This document shows, in pieces, positions 1-13,160 of a stretch of 64,000 nt of DNA. Each line of letters opens with the position of its first letter. Positions within the stretch are counted from its first letter, which is position 1. Under the pieces are notes generated by a model that saw only the letters and a program-made list of their open reading frames with translations, had not been told where the DNA came from and ran no database searches. The position numbers were made by a program, and so were the translations under genes. The stretch is from Convolutriloba macropyga (lineage: Eukaryota), in assembly GCF_964194025.1 (NCBI RefSeq), contig NC_134480.1, forward strand, positions 22,258,001-22,322,000, in the 5' to 3' direction.

Positions 1-1967
1 TCTTAGGACCAGTTTAATTTACGCACTGATTTCCGGTAAATTTGTTTACTATTCGTATTCGTGTTTACACATGTACGATTCAAGATGAATTAAAATACAC
101 ACAAACCGTTGAATAGAATGTGAAACCCAAAAACATTCGTAAACACAAAATTTCGAGATAAAGTTTTGTCATTGAAATTGTCGTTACACACTAAGTTGTA
201 CTGCATGTTTGCATTAGAGTTTTAGACCTAATACAACTTGTATAATCAATATTTGTATCAATACTATAATTTCGATACTCTTCAAATTACAAGTCACTCA
301 AACTAAACTTTTAAACCTCTAAATTTGCTTTAAGTTTGCCTTTATGGTTATAATGGTTATGAGTTAACGTTTCAGGATTGAAATATGTCAATTTGTAAAA
401 TTGTGCAAAATTCGAGGCCTATTTTTGCTTTGATGTTATTAAGACTTAGCCAAAAAGTCTAGTCAGTAGTTTTTCTGAAACTAAGATTGATAATTAAGTC
501 CCGTCTCATTGGAAACTACATTTACGTCTAAGTTTTGTAACTAATAATTAAATTAAACAGGTTACTATATCGTGTTAAAATTATTAATATCTCTGTTGCT
601 TCTATTTGTTTGTTTTATTATCGTGACAAGACTTTTTTTATTATTGAAGAATTATTTATCGTTCATAAAACAATTTTTGATAATTCATAAATTTACGAAT
701 TTGAAATTACAAGTTTATTTTTTATATCATTCTGAAGATTTGCGCATAGGTATTTTATAGGAACAGAAACAGCAACAAGGCAATAAAACTCGAACACTGA
801 AATAAGTGGGGAAAATTTAGCTGACATTTCATGCGAGCAAAAAATCGGGTTATTGTTTCACAAACGTATTTGGGTGCTTTTCACAGCCACGCCAAAACCC
901 GAAATCTTATTTTACAATGGTGCGAAATTTTTACACCATTTGTTTAAATTGTCGCCTATATTTCGTTTAATTTTACCAAGATTATTTCGTTTCATCTGTT
1001 GCGAAATTAAGAGTTTTATAACAGAAAGCTTCGAAGTTACAATCATATAATAAAATCCTGCGCCTTGTAGCTTTTTTATAGCTAAAACCAGACGAAGTTT
1101 TCGATACAATTTCTGGGAATAGTTCTTTCATTTACAACAGAATTTGTAAACTCAACGCTAAACCTAAATTTCTGAAATTGTATAGTTTATAAATTAGCAA
1201 TTTCAGAGTTCTTAAACCAGACAGAACCAAAATCCGCGTACTATATTAACGATACTTATAATGAAAAGTGACTTTTGAATGATTAAACTTATCATTTTGA
1301 TTCTTCACACGAGTTAAATATTTAATTCCTTAAACTGTACGTCAAAAATTTATTCAAGGTTTTCGGTGACTCATACACTGCGTCGTCAATTCAGTAAACC
1401 CCAGAAAAACAGATCAAAACAAATTTTGGGAATTTTATTGTGAAAAAATAGATAATTTTCCCAGATTATGATTCCCAAATCAATAAAATTGAGCACTTTT
1501 GGTTATTTAAATTTGCTTCATAAAGTACGTTTTACAACTCTACATCAAATGTTTCTGAATCGTTTTTCGCGTATATCGAAAAAGAAACTTAATCTGTGAA
1601 CAAATTGTGTTTCACGTGTTCGTAATTAATTCATAGCCCCCTTTTCCTACATCCTATTCCCCCTAATGAGGAGTGTTTTGAGGAAATTCGATGCCATTTA
1701 TCCCTTCATTTTGGGAGCTAAATTGACAGTTAGCGGAAATTCGATACGGAAAAGCGGATCCGAGCGTTACAATTGATATCATTCCCAGTATTTTCCCATT
1801 TTGTATTTCCCTCCAGCTTATTTTAAATTTGAATACGTTACTTTCCCTTAATCCTTTTTCCTATCTTGGTAAATCCTCTAAAACGTTATACACCCCAAAA
1901 ATTTTGGGCTATTTTGTTGTGTAGTTATTATTTATTTACTCTTTTCGTTATAAATAAATAATTGCAG

Positions 1968-2040
1968 AATTGGAGTTCAACGCATTGTTAATTCTTCTTA
2001 TGCTTTTTGCTTACGTCTAGATTATCTTATCGGAGCTCAG
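1968..2040 (+). other. possible upstream (5'UTR) exon of the LHFPL-family gene
   Basis: Flanked by attgcag| and CAG|GTAACG; a candidate acceptor ttcttttatcgttcaag ends at 2467, just before the ATG. Splice-signal inference only. Confidence 0.3.
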
Positions 2041-2491
2041 GTAACGCAAGTAGCTAAAATATCCGCACAATTTTCCCTATTTCGACTAATTGAGGAAAAA
2101 TTGGAAAGATATTTTGGACTATTTTAGAAAAATTGTGTCCCATTTTCCCTCGAAATTATCAGTTCATTTTCTTTTCCTTATAAGCGTCCCTGCTCAGCTC
2201 ATAGTTGTTAATTTTTCCAGTAGCTTTGGTGAAATATTTATCATTATTCCGCAGAGTAAAATTGCTCAATTCCTATTGGCTGATTTTATATGTAAAAGTG
2301 ATTGTAAATTTTAGAAAGTTGGCTCAAATTGTCAATTTAAAGATTTAATTTATCATTGTTTCAGTCAACTTTAAAAAATCGCCAAAATTTTAATGCAATT
2401 CCTGTTTTAAAATATTCCAGTAAGATTTGTTGGAATTTAATTGAGTTATTTTCTTTTATCGTTCAAGAATAAACATCACACGTTAATTAAA

Positions 2492-3107
2492 ATGATGGAA
2501 ACAATTTCTGAAGCAGACGTTGAATCAAATCAACATTGCTCTGGAGAATTAGTCTCAATGGAAACGTTAATGACCAAAACTGGAACTCCGATGATGAGCG
2601 AAAAACAACAAGTTGTCAATTTTTCCCCCCAAGTTCAAAGTTTTTATCAGTCCTTAAAAAATTCATCGGCTTCTGGATCACCCGTTGACACGTTAATCAA
2701 AGGTCAAAATCCAATTTATCTCAACAATTATGTATTCCCTGTTCAAAATATTCCTGGAAACGTCGTCAATTCGAGCTCCTGGAATGTCGTCAATAGTTCC
2801 GGATCCCAAGTTTTGCGACCTTGTGGAACCAGCAATTCAGACGGATCCCTTCATTCGCTTGACAATGTTGTAGCTTCTCAGAATTCCTCGCTCGGGTACC
2901 ACAGTTACTACAATGCCCAAAACTTTGTAGGTTTCCGACCCAGCCCTGGGCAAAACGATCATCTCGGAGGCGTCCCAGTTGTTCACGGTAATTGTACCTG
3001 TGCCCAGAACCCGTTTGCAACGTCCAATATTGAGTCAGATAGAGGAACTTTTAGTTCGCAAGTATACATGATGAAAAAAATGATGCCGCCTTCTGTCACT
3101 TGGATTG
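2492..3107 (+). CDS. LHFPL-family gene coding exon 1 (long Ser/Asn/Gln-rich N-terminus, ends ...MPPSVTWIG)
   Basis: ATG at 2492 in the 2441..3223 ORF; donor G|GTGAGT at 3107/3108, phase 1, joining exon 2 in frame. Alternative starts at 3068-3085 are possible. Confidence 0.7.
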
Positions 3108-6100
3108 GTGAGTTCAGTTCTTTTTTAGTGCTGGCATTTCTTTTAAATTTTACAATTTTTTCCGAAATATATTTCATAACGCTGAAAAATTTATGTTGCA
3201 GAGTTTCAATGCCCCTTTTATAATTTAATATTGTTAAAATAGATATTAATAACGTTAATATGGTCACATTTATTGTTCATAGAATTGCTTAGACGCAGTT
3301 TTTTTTTGCTTAGCGGTGCATTTTACCCGTAGCTAACAGCTGTTATGACCTGGAGCTATTAATTTTTTTACGTGAATTAGGATTTCACACCAAAGTTAAA
3401 AGATACTTAAAAAACTTGAAATTTGTTGGAGCATTTGCTTCCTTTACCGATTGATGGAAGTGAGCTAAAGTATCTAACTTTTTCTATAAAAGTTAACCAG
3501 ATATTATCTTTTCGACCAAGGACCATTTTTGCTATTAAACCAGAATCACAGATACTCCTGTCTAAATAGCTTTTGATGTAGAACACTCATTGGAAACGGT
3601 TCCATTGGCTGTCTGAAAAATTAGCAAAGATGTTTTTTTTACAATTTTTCATATTGGCGCGTGGTCCGAAAGTTGCTGCGTGAACAAGATGCAACCCGAT
3701 CAATTTATCGCACTGCTGAATTCTCAGTTGCACAAAAGTAGCGCAAAAATAGCAAGTACATACAATTATGGATTATACCCAAAAAAATTTATAGGAAACT
3801 TATGCCAGAAAGGCGTTCTCCTTTGTCCAGTCAATTTTAGCCGATCAATATATTCTGTGGAGAAAAACAGCAGAGACATATTTGAGTTGCTCGTAAGAAT
3901 TGGATCCAGCTGTGAAGTAATTTTTTTGTCCGTAAGGAGAAGAGGCCTAAAAGATATTTTCCTGCTATCCCGTACAGTTTTTTCTGCGTTGAGATGGAAG
4001 CAAGTTTGGGGCCAATTTAACCATCTCTCAGGGTTATATTAGCGCTTCGTGCATTGTAAAGATTTTCCATATCATCGTGAGACAAGAAATCGTTAGTCAT
4101 TAGTCAGAAATTGAGATAAAGACCAACGTTACCTAACCTCCTAGCCTAATTTTTGTTGTTTTTGACAAAAAATTTTGTTATTACATCAATTTTTATATAA
4201 TCTAGCAGTAATTTTAAACTTAAACCCACAATTTTTTTAAGTTATATGTTTTAAGCCCATAATTTCGCAAGTTGTGTAGAGCAGCTCAATTTTTAGCTCA
4301 AGATATCAATTTAAATGATGCTCCTAGTTATTGAGTTAAGAAAGTGCAAATTTAAGTAGGTTTGCTTTCAACACTTTACGTTAAAGTTTACTTTCACGGC
4401 CAGTCTTCCTCCTTGTGTCTGCTCAAAACATTCGAAATTATATCATTGTGGTAGTATACTTTTTTCTTCAGTGTACCCAGTAACATCTCATTTTTGCTCT
4501 AAACATAATTGCACTTGACATCAAATTGTCACCACTTATTACTTAATGAAATTTAATGTTTTTTGCCCTCTTTTTTCTTCGCTTCTTTCTCAGCCGTTAG
4601 ATTAGTTAAAGACTACACTGGTCAGGATAGGATGGTTATCTTGTAAGATCTTGCGAGGTGAATGGCTATCTTCAAAGATTTTTGCAAGTTTGTTTCGGTT
4701 GAGCTGCTCTATCATAGGTTCGTTTGTGTGAATTACTCTTCATTTGTTACAATCAAAACTCCAGAAACGGTTGCGCTTATTTGATTTATTTTTATTCTTT
4801 CATTTGAAAACTAACTTCCAAGATCACAAGCTCAAATTTTATTTCCTGGGTACAATTTAAAATTGAGTGCAACAAAATTCTAGATGACGACAAAGACATT
4901 GCTCTCAGGTTCAAAACATTTTCTTGAGTTTGCATGTTTTATGAAGGTAAAAAGCTTAAGGGTTGCTCTTATGATAAAACGTGAAAGCGATGAGCATTGA
5001 AGATAATGAGCCTTGAATTTTTTTTGGATAATAATACAATTTTCTACAAAAATGTTTGTCCTAATCCGGGTAATCAATTTCTTTTATTTACACACTGCTC
5101 ATTAATTAAATAATTAATAAAGACAAGATGGTTTCAAATTGATCGGAGTCTTTTAAAATTTATACTAAGTTAAGCCAAATATTTTAGCATATCTGTTTAG
5201 CATTTGAGATTTACTTGAATTTAATAAAGATACGTGACAATTTAACTCAATACCATTTTACCCAGTACCATTATACTCAAAGCCATTATACCCAAACTGG
5301 CATTATACCCAATCCATTATTCCCTATGTCATTTAACACGATGCCTTTTTACCCAATGCCCTTTGTTTAATATTTCGATCATAATTGAGCAGTTGCTAAT
5401 ACAAGGATGTTTCAACTTAATTGGATAATTTAATCCTATATTCAGTTGCGATAATTTCATATCAAGTCCGACGAGCCGCTGATATGGTCATGGCTCTTAA
5501 AAATCATTCTGACAAATCTAATTACAGTTCAAAACAAAATTGGCATTGGGTGTAATGGGGTTGTATAAATTGTTCTCACACCCTAATAATTAGTTAGTAA
5601 ATAATCGAAAAAAGTGATATCTGTTCATCTATTCAGGTGTACTATTGGTTAATCGATGCGTTATAAAGAAATCTCCGATGAAAGTTCCTAGCTAAAAAGT
5701 GGAGTGGACAAACGAGACCAGTTAATTTCAGTGCTAGAACTGAAATTGATACTTCAAATCTATTCTCCAAAAACTATAACTAGTTCTAGACCACTAGAGA
5801 TTACTGTTTTTTTATGCGTGAACATAGACAGTTAGCAAACAAACAAACAAAAAAGTAACCGCGCGATCTTCTTTGCAGGTGTTTTTATGAACACTTAGGT
5901 CAATAAAAGGAGCACTCCAGCCAGGTGACATTGAATTTATAACTAATATCTAATAGTTTTTTGATTTGCGGGATGTAATTGGAGTTATTAAATGAATAAA
6001 TAAAGATAATCTCCTCTCAGGCTAGATTTTGGGCTGTGATGACGGCTTTAATTTCAAGATACCCATTTTTTTAACCTGCATGTTATATAACAGCTGTTTC

Positions 6101-7725
6101 GCAATTTATAGATTTTCCCACAGAAAGTTGGAATATGTGTTAATTATCTTTTAAAATATTGTGAACTATCCGTAGAATTTGAACTTTGTCCATTGACTAA
6201 ATGTTGGTTGAAATTAAGAATTTTATCTATTTATTTTAAACAATTACTAGGGAAGTTGTACTGTTAAAATTAGAGTAAACAAACAAACAAATTTATTTCG
6301 TCCAGGTGTGCTATGGACCCTAATGTCAATTGTGCTGGCCTTTCTCTCTGCATTCAGCATTGTATCTTCTACTTGGGTGCTCCAATTCGCAGACTCAGAC
6401 CAGAACGGATTTGGTCCGATGAAGTCATGCAGACTCACAGTCGAGGACAATCTATACTTTGTGCAACACTGTTCCTACTTCGTACTTGACAATGGAGTCA
6501 TGAATTGGCCCAGCAGTCCCTTTCAGGTTAATATTGTTTAAAAGGAAATTTTGCTCTTTGCCATCATAGCCCCCCCCCCCCCTCACACACAGACAGACAC
6601 AAAACCAAATTATAGCCCCCAATAATTAAATGTTTACGGCATTTGAAGGGCTATCTGAACATTTGATGCCAACTAAGGTTAGGGGGGTTGTAATGAAAAA
6701 GACCCGAATATTTTTTAATTGTCTAGTCGAACTCCAACGGACGGTTATCTTGTGAGATCTTGTAAGATTATACATACTCATACCAGATTACCGCGAGATT
6801 CTTATAAGATCTTGCATGATATCCGTTTTTTTCAGAAACGTCTTTCTTGAAGAAAGATATTGCGCGATAACCCTCGGTATTCGACTAGGGGATTCTGCGC
6901 AAACATGAAAAAAGTAACAAAAAAATTGAAATGAGAATTAATTTTCTTTGTAAAGCTTTTTTTGTTTTTGTTCTTGTAATTAATTATCGCACTTTATTAA
7001 GAAAATTTTAGTTGTTATTAATGACTGAAATCAATTAAAAATGACAATCAGTTTTTTTTAATTTTAAATTTTTTTTCAATGGAAAAAATGAAAAGTTGTA
7101 ATGCTCGTATTCAATTCTTTCATTCAAGCAAAACGTTAATGTTTTTGGAAATATTATTTTGCTGATAATTTGTGCATAAGTCTGCACTGCAGAACCCAAA
7201 TTCACAGACTACAAAGTTAAATTCCGAGAGATATTTGTTTGTATGAACAGTAAATAAAATGACAAAAGCAAATTAATTCAGGATTCAAAAGTGCTTCGAA
7301 TAAACTTCTTTAAATTCTGCTGTTGTTTTAATCGATTTTTCGCCTTGACATGAACTATAAACATCAAATTTCTTTGATCTAAATTTCATTGTTGTAAATA
7401 ACGCAATTTAACGCCTGATTTCAGCTGAACTTTGTGAAATGAAAATGAAACTCTTTGGATCAGATGTGATATCATTATGTTCTCTGCGCTTTCAAATTTG
7501 ATATCAAATTCAGTAATCGGTTCAAAATCTGACGAGTGTTAGTGAGTTCTTGAAGGACAGTGTCACATCACAGAGAACATAATGACCTTCTCGACAGCAA
7601 ATTTAAGCGTGACATTTTTCATGAGCCCATTTTCAGATATTTTTAAAAGCTTTCGTCATGTAATGTCCTTAAAATTAAATTTCAGCCATTGCTCGATAAG
7701 TTTATTTTATCTGTTACACAAATTG

Positions 7726-7780
<55 letters not shown>

Positions 7781-10700
7781 GTGTTGTTGGGCGAGCAATA
7801 AACATGCCTGTTTACTCATTTCGCCTTTTCCATGATACTCAACTATTCGCTCGTATGTACAAATTTTCCAGGTAACCAAAAACCTATATCGTGATACATT
7901 GAGTTTTAATTTTTCTCATTGTGGCATTTTAAAGCTTAACTGTAATCATTTTTTTTTCAATTGATTCAAGATTCCCTGTATTGGTATTGTTATGTGGTGA
8001 ATTTCTGATACTTAATATGTTACATTTTTTTTTACATTGGGTATAGCTCATTGTTGAATAAAATTTTAAGCAGCTCAGGTATCATTTTTGCTAGGCTTAA
8101 AACAATTGCACTTGAAGTATCTGTATCTTAAGTGATCTCAATAAGTTCTTCTTTTTATAAATTATTGAACAACCGGTACATCCTTAGACTGAAACTACGC
8201 TTTGTATAGGAAAACGAGATAGAGACAAAGAGATTAAGTTTCAGAGGTGTAGAACGCGAACTATATTCCATATATTGAGACTGAAACGCTTTTAAATTAA
8301 TTTTGTTTCGGATTGCTCTCCATTTTTCCAGTAGTACAGGGTAATCCCACGCATATATCAACTGAAACGAGAACCTGGAAATGAAAAGAGTTTCAATTTA
8401 AAGTTTAAATGTTAATTTTTGTATTAGGTTTTGGTATTAAAAACTGGTTAAAAACTGGTATTAAAAACAGTTGAATTGTTGGGTGCAAAAAGAAAAACAT
8501 CAGACAAACGTTCTCAAAGTGACAGCCTTTTCTTTTCCACTCAGAACTATTTCAGATTTGAGTAACGTTTCCAGTGTGCTACTATTTTCCTTAGTGAAAC
8601 TGAATAACTGTAATTAGTTTATAAGCAAACTGGTCCACTGTTTTTTGATAATCGTTATCAATGATTTCACTCTATGGCCTACCAGCCTTGGTTCAATACA
8701 TTCACAACTAGATCAACCTAAAAGCACTGTGATTCCATTGATGATTATTAATCACAATGATCGGCCGTGAGCCACGATTTTACCAATTATAATGATATTC
8801 ATAAAAAGTGATCTAGTATATGTATGATTAGAGTGGTGTATGTATTTTATAGGTGACAGCTCTTTTGTACTCAGTGGGCACTGTGTTCCTCATGGTAGCT
8901 TCCTGTTTCGCCTTCTCTTCCCTAGTCACTCTCTCTGTGTGGAGACAGAGGACCAGCTGGCTAGCCGGATACTTCCAACTATCTGCAGGTAAACAAACTG
9001 AATACCCCCCCCCCCCCCCCACCCTATCCACCCACCAATCACGTTTTGCCCTCAAAGGCATGAGTTAGCAAATTACATCGTGTTTTTTTAACGTGCTATG
9101 ATTCGCATGACTTAATGAAAAGGTAGAAATAGTCATTATAATAGCATAAAAGTGTCATTTATTGATGAAAACTTACTGAAATTTTCAAATTCATTGAACA
9201 ACCCACATCAAAGTCTTTTCAATGAAGCTTACATTCTAATATTTGTAACTTTGACTGCTTTGTCTGAGGGCTATTACAGTGAATATTTATGAGATTCATT
9301 CTAATGCTATAATAGTTTAAAAGTCACTTCAAATAACAAGAAATTTTAATAATTGAGCCACTAACTTAAGCCTTTTTTTCAGAAAGACCCAATTTTTCAA
9401 TTTCATTCCTTTCAAGTAGAGATCTGAAACGTTAGAATTTCGACACTTAATTTTGCTCATTGATCGCACAAAATTGATTTAATAAAATATGAACTTCGTT
9501 TTTTATTAATTTCATTTGTAACAAATCATTCGAATAAAAATTTCATTTACTACATAATTGAGTACAAACTGTTTAATTGAATTCCAGTTAGTTCTGAAAA
9601 TAAAACAAAAACTAAAAGAAACGTCCGAAACAACTTTCATCTTATGGTTTATTCATAAATTGTACAATAACATTTTTGTGAAAATCCAGCAAATATTTAT
9701 GGAGTGCGCCTTTTATATCCTTTTTAATGGCCTTTTAGATTAACAGTTGTAAGTTCAAAGGTGTATTTTTGTTCCATTTCAATTATTTTACTCAAAGCTG
9801 CTCTTTTCGGATCTGAATAATTGCAGCTTTGTTTTCCAGCTTAATTACCAGTTCAAACTACTTTTTGAAGATTTTAAGATTTTCCGCTTTGAACTCTTTT
9901 TTTAAAAAAATACATATTTTAATAAAGCTCAAGTATTCTCTCATGCATTTAGTTGAATGAACTTTAAAAAATAGTATAAAAGAAATTTTTGCTTTAGTAC
10001 TTAAAGGGGCAAATTTGCGAGGTAATTTTTGAATTCAATAAATTTTGATTTTTGTGGGAAATTTTAGAAGTTAGAACTAAAAAAGGCTTGTTAGAACTCA
10101 AACAAATGACTAAAAATTTACAAAATAAGGGCTTAATTTTTATGTTAACAATTGGAATAATCAATTCTTTACTTTAAATTAGCGTAAAATTTGCAGATTT
10201 TAAAACATTTTAATTTTCAAATGAAAACCTTTTCATGTTAACTAAACTTTTGGATTTTTTTGGAAGGCCCTAATTTTGAAAAAAAAGTTGTGCGCAGTTT
10301 GAAACGTTTTAATTAAAATCCCGCCGTTCTTTGTTTATAAAAGTTGCTTAAATTTTTGATTTACCCGACTGCGCTTTTCGTTTGCCCTCAATGACAAATA
10401 TTGTTTCAAAGTACATGAAAAATTGACAGTTTAGTGTAACGCGAAATGTTCCCATCTGAGTGAGAGATCATTTTCGCTCCCTTTTCACTTCCTAGTACAA
10501 ATTCCAGCGAACGAGCTGAAACAAATTTAAAAGAACTTTTGTTTAGATTAGATAAGTTAAAACCATGTTTATTTGTTTGTGTGTAATCAATCTACTTTCA
10601 TTAGAACAAAGCCGGGGGTTCATTATACCTTGGTGTGCGGTATAAATATCTAACCAAGTTTTAATTGCAAACGCGCTCAGTTTCAAAGCTTTAGTTATCA

Positions 10701-13160
10701 ACTTTCCTTAACTTGTACTAACTAAATCCCTTTAAATTTGATAAGGTGTTCCCAATTCATTTTTGTTTCCAAACTTTTCCTACACTTTTCCGTAACTTTC
10801 CATGACTGGTGTAGAGGAATCGTTAATCCCGGTGCCAATTATAACTACTTATGAACCATTTATAACTATGTCTGTCTTTTAGGGAAAGATAATTAAAGGG
10901 TATTTGGATCTAATCCGGACGTAAATCAGTGTATTAAAGGGAAGAGTGATAAACATATTACCTATTATCTCCCGACCCAATCAAATTTAGCCCAAAATTG
11001 CTAGCTTGTCACCACCCCGCTTTTAAACAATTCATTCCCAGTATTATAAATACTTTTCCCTCATATACTGAGACACCACTTTCATTGTGGAAAGTGCTGC
11101 TTATACTAAAAGAATAAGTTTTCCAACATTGAGAGCGTTTTTAATACAAATTGACAGAATAATTACATACTTGGGGAAATATATTATTATCTACGAGAAG
11201 TAGAATTTTTTTCTATCTATTCAATTCAATTCTCAAGAGCTATTCAAGCCTTGTATGAGAGTATACTTAAAGTAATGAATATATGTTATATTAACAGATA
11301 AAGCAATTTCAATGGAATAGTTCTTTTTTAAACTCTATATCTTCAAATATATATTCTCCTTTTTTATCCCCAGACATTTTGTCTGTTTTGCAGAAATGTA
11401 AATGGAATTCGGCGCCAAAATATCTCGACCGCTTTTTAAATACTGCCTTCAGCCGACGCAATTAGATGGAAATTGTAGCACATTTGGCGAAAAATCACCA
11501 AATTAACGACCAAAAAAGGCATAAAAATAACAGTTCACGATCGTAAATAACTTGATTATCTTGAAAGATTACTGAAAAATCTGTCATGATTGTAGAAAAA
11601 GCAGAAAATAAAAGCATTGATTTTTCCATAGTGAAGATTTACAAAAAAAAATCGGCGTGACAAAAAACGAAAATTTAACTTCGCATTTTGCAAGCTCACG
11701 GCGTGAAAAAACGAAATGAAGAATTATTAGTCATTGTTTCTCCGAACTGAAGGTTCTATTTTTAAAATCGAAAGTGTGTGAAAAGATTAATCATTTTTGT
11801 TCCCTTTGTTGGAACAAATTTCATCAATTTTCCGAATTTATCAATGTTCACCTCGAAATTTAACAAACGCAATGATTAAAGATTTAATCACGCCGTGAAA
11901 GAGTGTACAAAAATCCATTTTCTCATTTTGCAGTTTTTGCTTCAATTTCAAAAGGAGGGGAAAAGATAATTGGAACTTTGAAATAATGAGACAAATAACT
12001 ACCCAGTTAGTAGGGATAGTTATTAAGGCTGACCTAGTTTTCCTTTGTTTTCCTTCCCTGCTGATGTGTTTCCTGTTTTGTGTCTAATTAAGCCCAGCAT
12101 TTGGGGGACAAAAAAGGTGAAGATGATGAAATTAGATGCCCTTCAAAAGCCAACCCTGTAAACTTCCCGTCGCGAAGCCGCGGTACTTTTGTTTCAACTC
12201 GTCTGTTTGACAAACGCTGCACAAAATTAGCAAAATTTTTATTTTTATTGGCTTAATCTACCCAAATTGAGGAAATCCTCGGTGTCAGAAGCTTGCTCAG
12301 AATTTCCTCCGTCGACAAAAATCTAAAGATAAATATACATCATCTCGTTGCTTTTGATTGCAACTGTTTTGAGACTTGTCAGAAGAAAGAATGATCTCAT
12401 GCATTAGTCTGAAATAAGGTGCTTATTAACAGGCATCGAACTCGATTAAGTTTTTATATCTATTTGCTCATAGATTTATTAAAATGGCATCTCTGTTGAG
12501 ATACTCGGCTTCTTGCATAGGTAGCGTTCAATTTTGCTGAAAAATTCAGAATGATCAGATTTCAATACACCGGATTAAACACTATAAAAAATTCGTAGTA
12601 ATCATACTAAGTCATTCATGATTCTTTCTACATGCTAAATGATATATAGTTTTATGGAATCTCCTAGCAAACTTACTAGGATTATAAATTGTTCCTTAGT
12701 AAACATAAAAAGATCAAAAATTACAACTAGTGTTTAAAAAAGGAAAAAAGTTCTGGTTGCATTTGTAATAACTGGAAAAAAACTTTCTCAATTGAACCCT
12801 TATTTTGTTTCAGTGTTAGTGCAAACTTTTGCCCTGACCATATTCCCAATGGGTTTCCACAGTTCTTTCACCCGGGCAATGTGTGGAGAAAATACAGCCA
12901 TGTATAACATGGACAGATGTCACGTGGGGTGGGGATACGTTCTGGCTATCGTAACTACAAGTTTGGTCATTTTCTGCCCATTTTTGTCAAAGTTTTCGAC
13001 CAAAACTTCAAAACGCGTATGCAGACAACAACATACGCATCCACAGTATCAGCAAAATCAGCAGATTCAGCATATTAGTCATCAGCAGTTTGGAAGCGGC
13101 CATGTTTTGTCGTCTCATGCTGCAGTGCCGATAGGTGTCGCGTCGTCTGAGCATGTTTGA
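2492..13160 (+). CDS. LHFPL7: LHFPL (lipoma HMGIC fusion partner-like / TMHS) tetraspan membrane protein, closest in motif to LHFPL7/TMEM211; 4 coding exons join(2492..3107,6306..6526,8853..8988,12814..13160), 439 aa
   Basis: All three introns are GT..AG with compatible phases (1,0,1); total 1320 nt, ending in TGA. Four hydrophobic helices (WIGVLWTLMSIVLAFLSAFSIVS; VTALLYSVGTVFLMVASCFAFSSLV; LAGYFQLSAVLVQTFALTIFPMGF; GWGYVLAIVTTSLVIFCPFL). Family motif FP-x-G...CG...Y...C-x-VGWGY. The family call is firm; the exact paralogue is uncertain. Confidence 0.8.
5234..5580. mobile_element. degenerate MITE-like element in intron 1 with subterminal ~15-bp CCATTATACCCAA repeats
   Basis: Left gtgacaatttaactcaataccattttacccagtacca is an imperfect reverse complement of right tggcattgggtgtaatggggttgtataaattgttctcac; about 7 tandem short repeats at 5251-5360. 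Confidence 0.5.
6306..6526 (+). CDS. LHFPL-family gene coding exon 2 (TM1 and first extracellular loop)
   Basis: Acceptor tttcgtccag| and donor CAG|GTTAAT; encodes VLWTLMSIVLAFLSAFSIVSSTW...FGPMKSC...C...WPSSPFQ. Confidence 0.88.
6723..6888. mobile_element. ~165-bp MITE in intron 2
   Basis: Inverted ends CTAGTCGAA...GGTTATC / GATAACC...TTCGACTAG; internal AAGATCTTG repeats; a related fragment lies at ~4620-4690. Confidence 0.6.
7728..7776. repeat. (TA)n microsatellite
   Basis: Perfect TA run of about 24 units. Confidence 0.98.
8853..8988 (+). CDS. LHFPL-family gene coding exon 3 (TM2, start of TM3)
   Basis: Acceptor tattttatag| and donor GCAG|GTAAAC; phase 0 in, phase 1 out; encodes VTALLYSVG...LAGYFQLSA. 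Confidence 0.88.
12814..13160 (+). CDS. LHFPL-family gene terminal coding exon (TM3 end, Cys loop, TM4, Gln/His-rich tail)
   Basis: Acceptor ttttgtttcag|; encodes IFPMGF...MCGENTAMYNMDRCHVGWGYVLAI...CPFLSKF; TGA at 13158-13160; AATAAA downstream near 13604. Confidence 0.88.

Noticed and set aside
3680-4042. 120-aa intronic ORF as an extra exon or nested gene
   Set aside because: No recognisable motifs, and the LHFPL exon phases join cleanly without it.
7582-7879. ORFs containing YIYIYI runs
   Set aside because: Translation of the (TA)n microsatellite.
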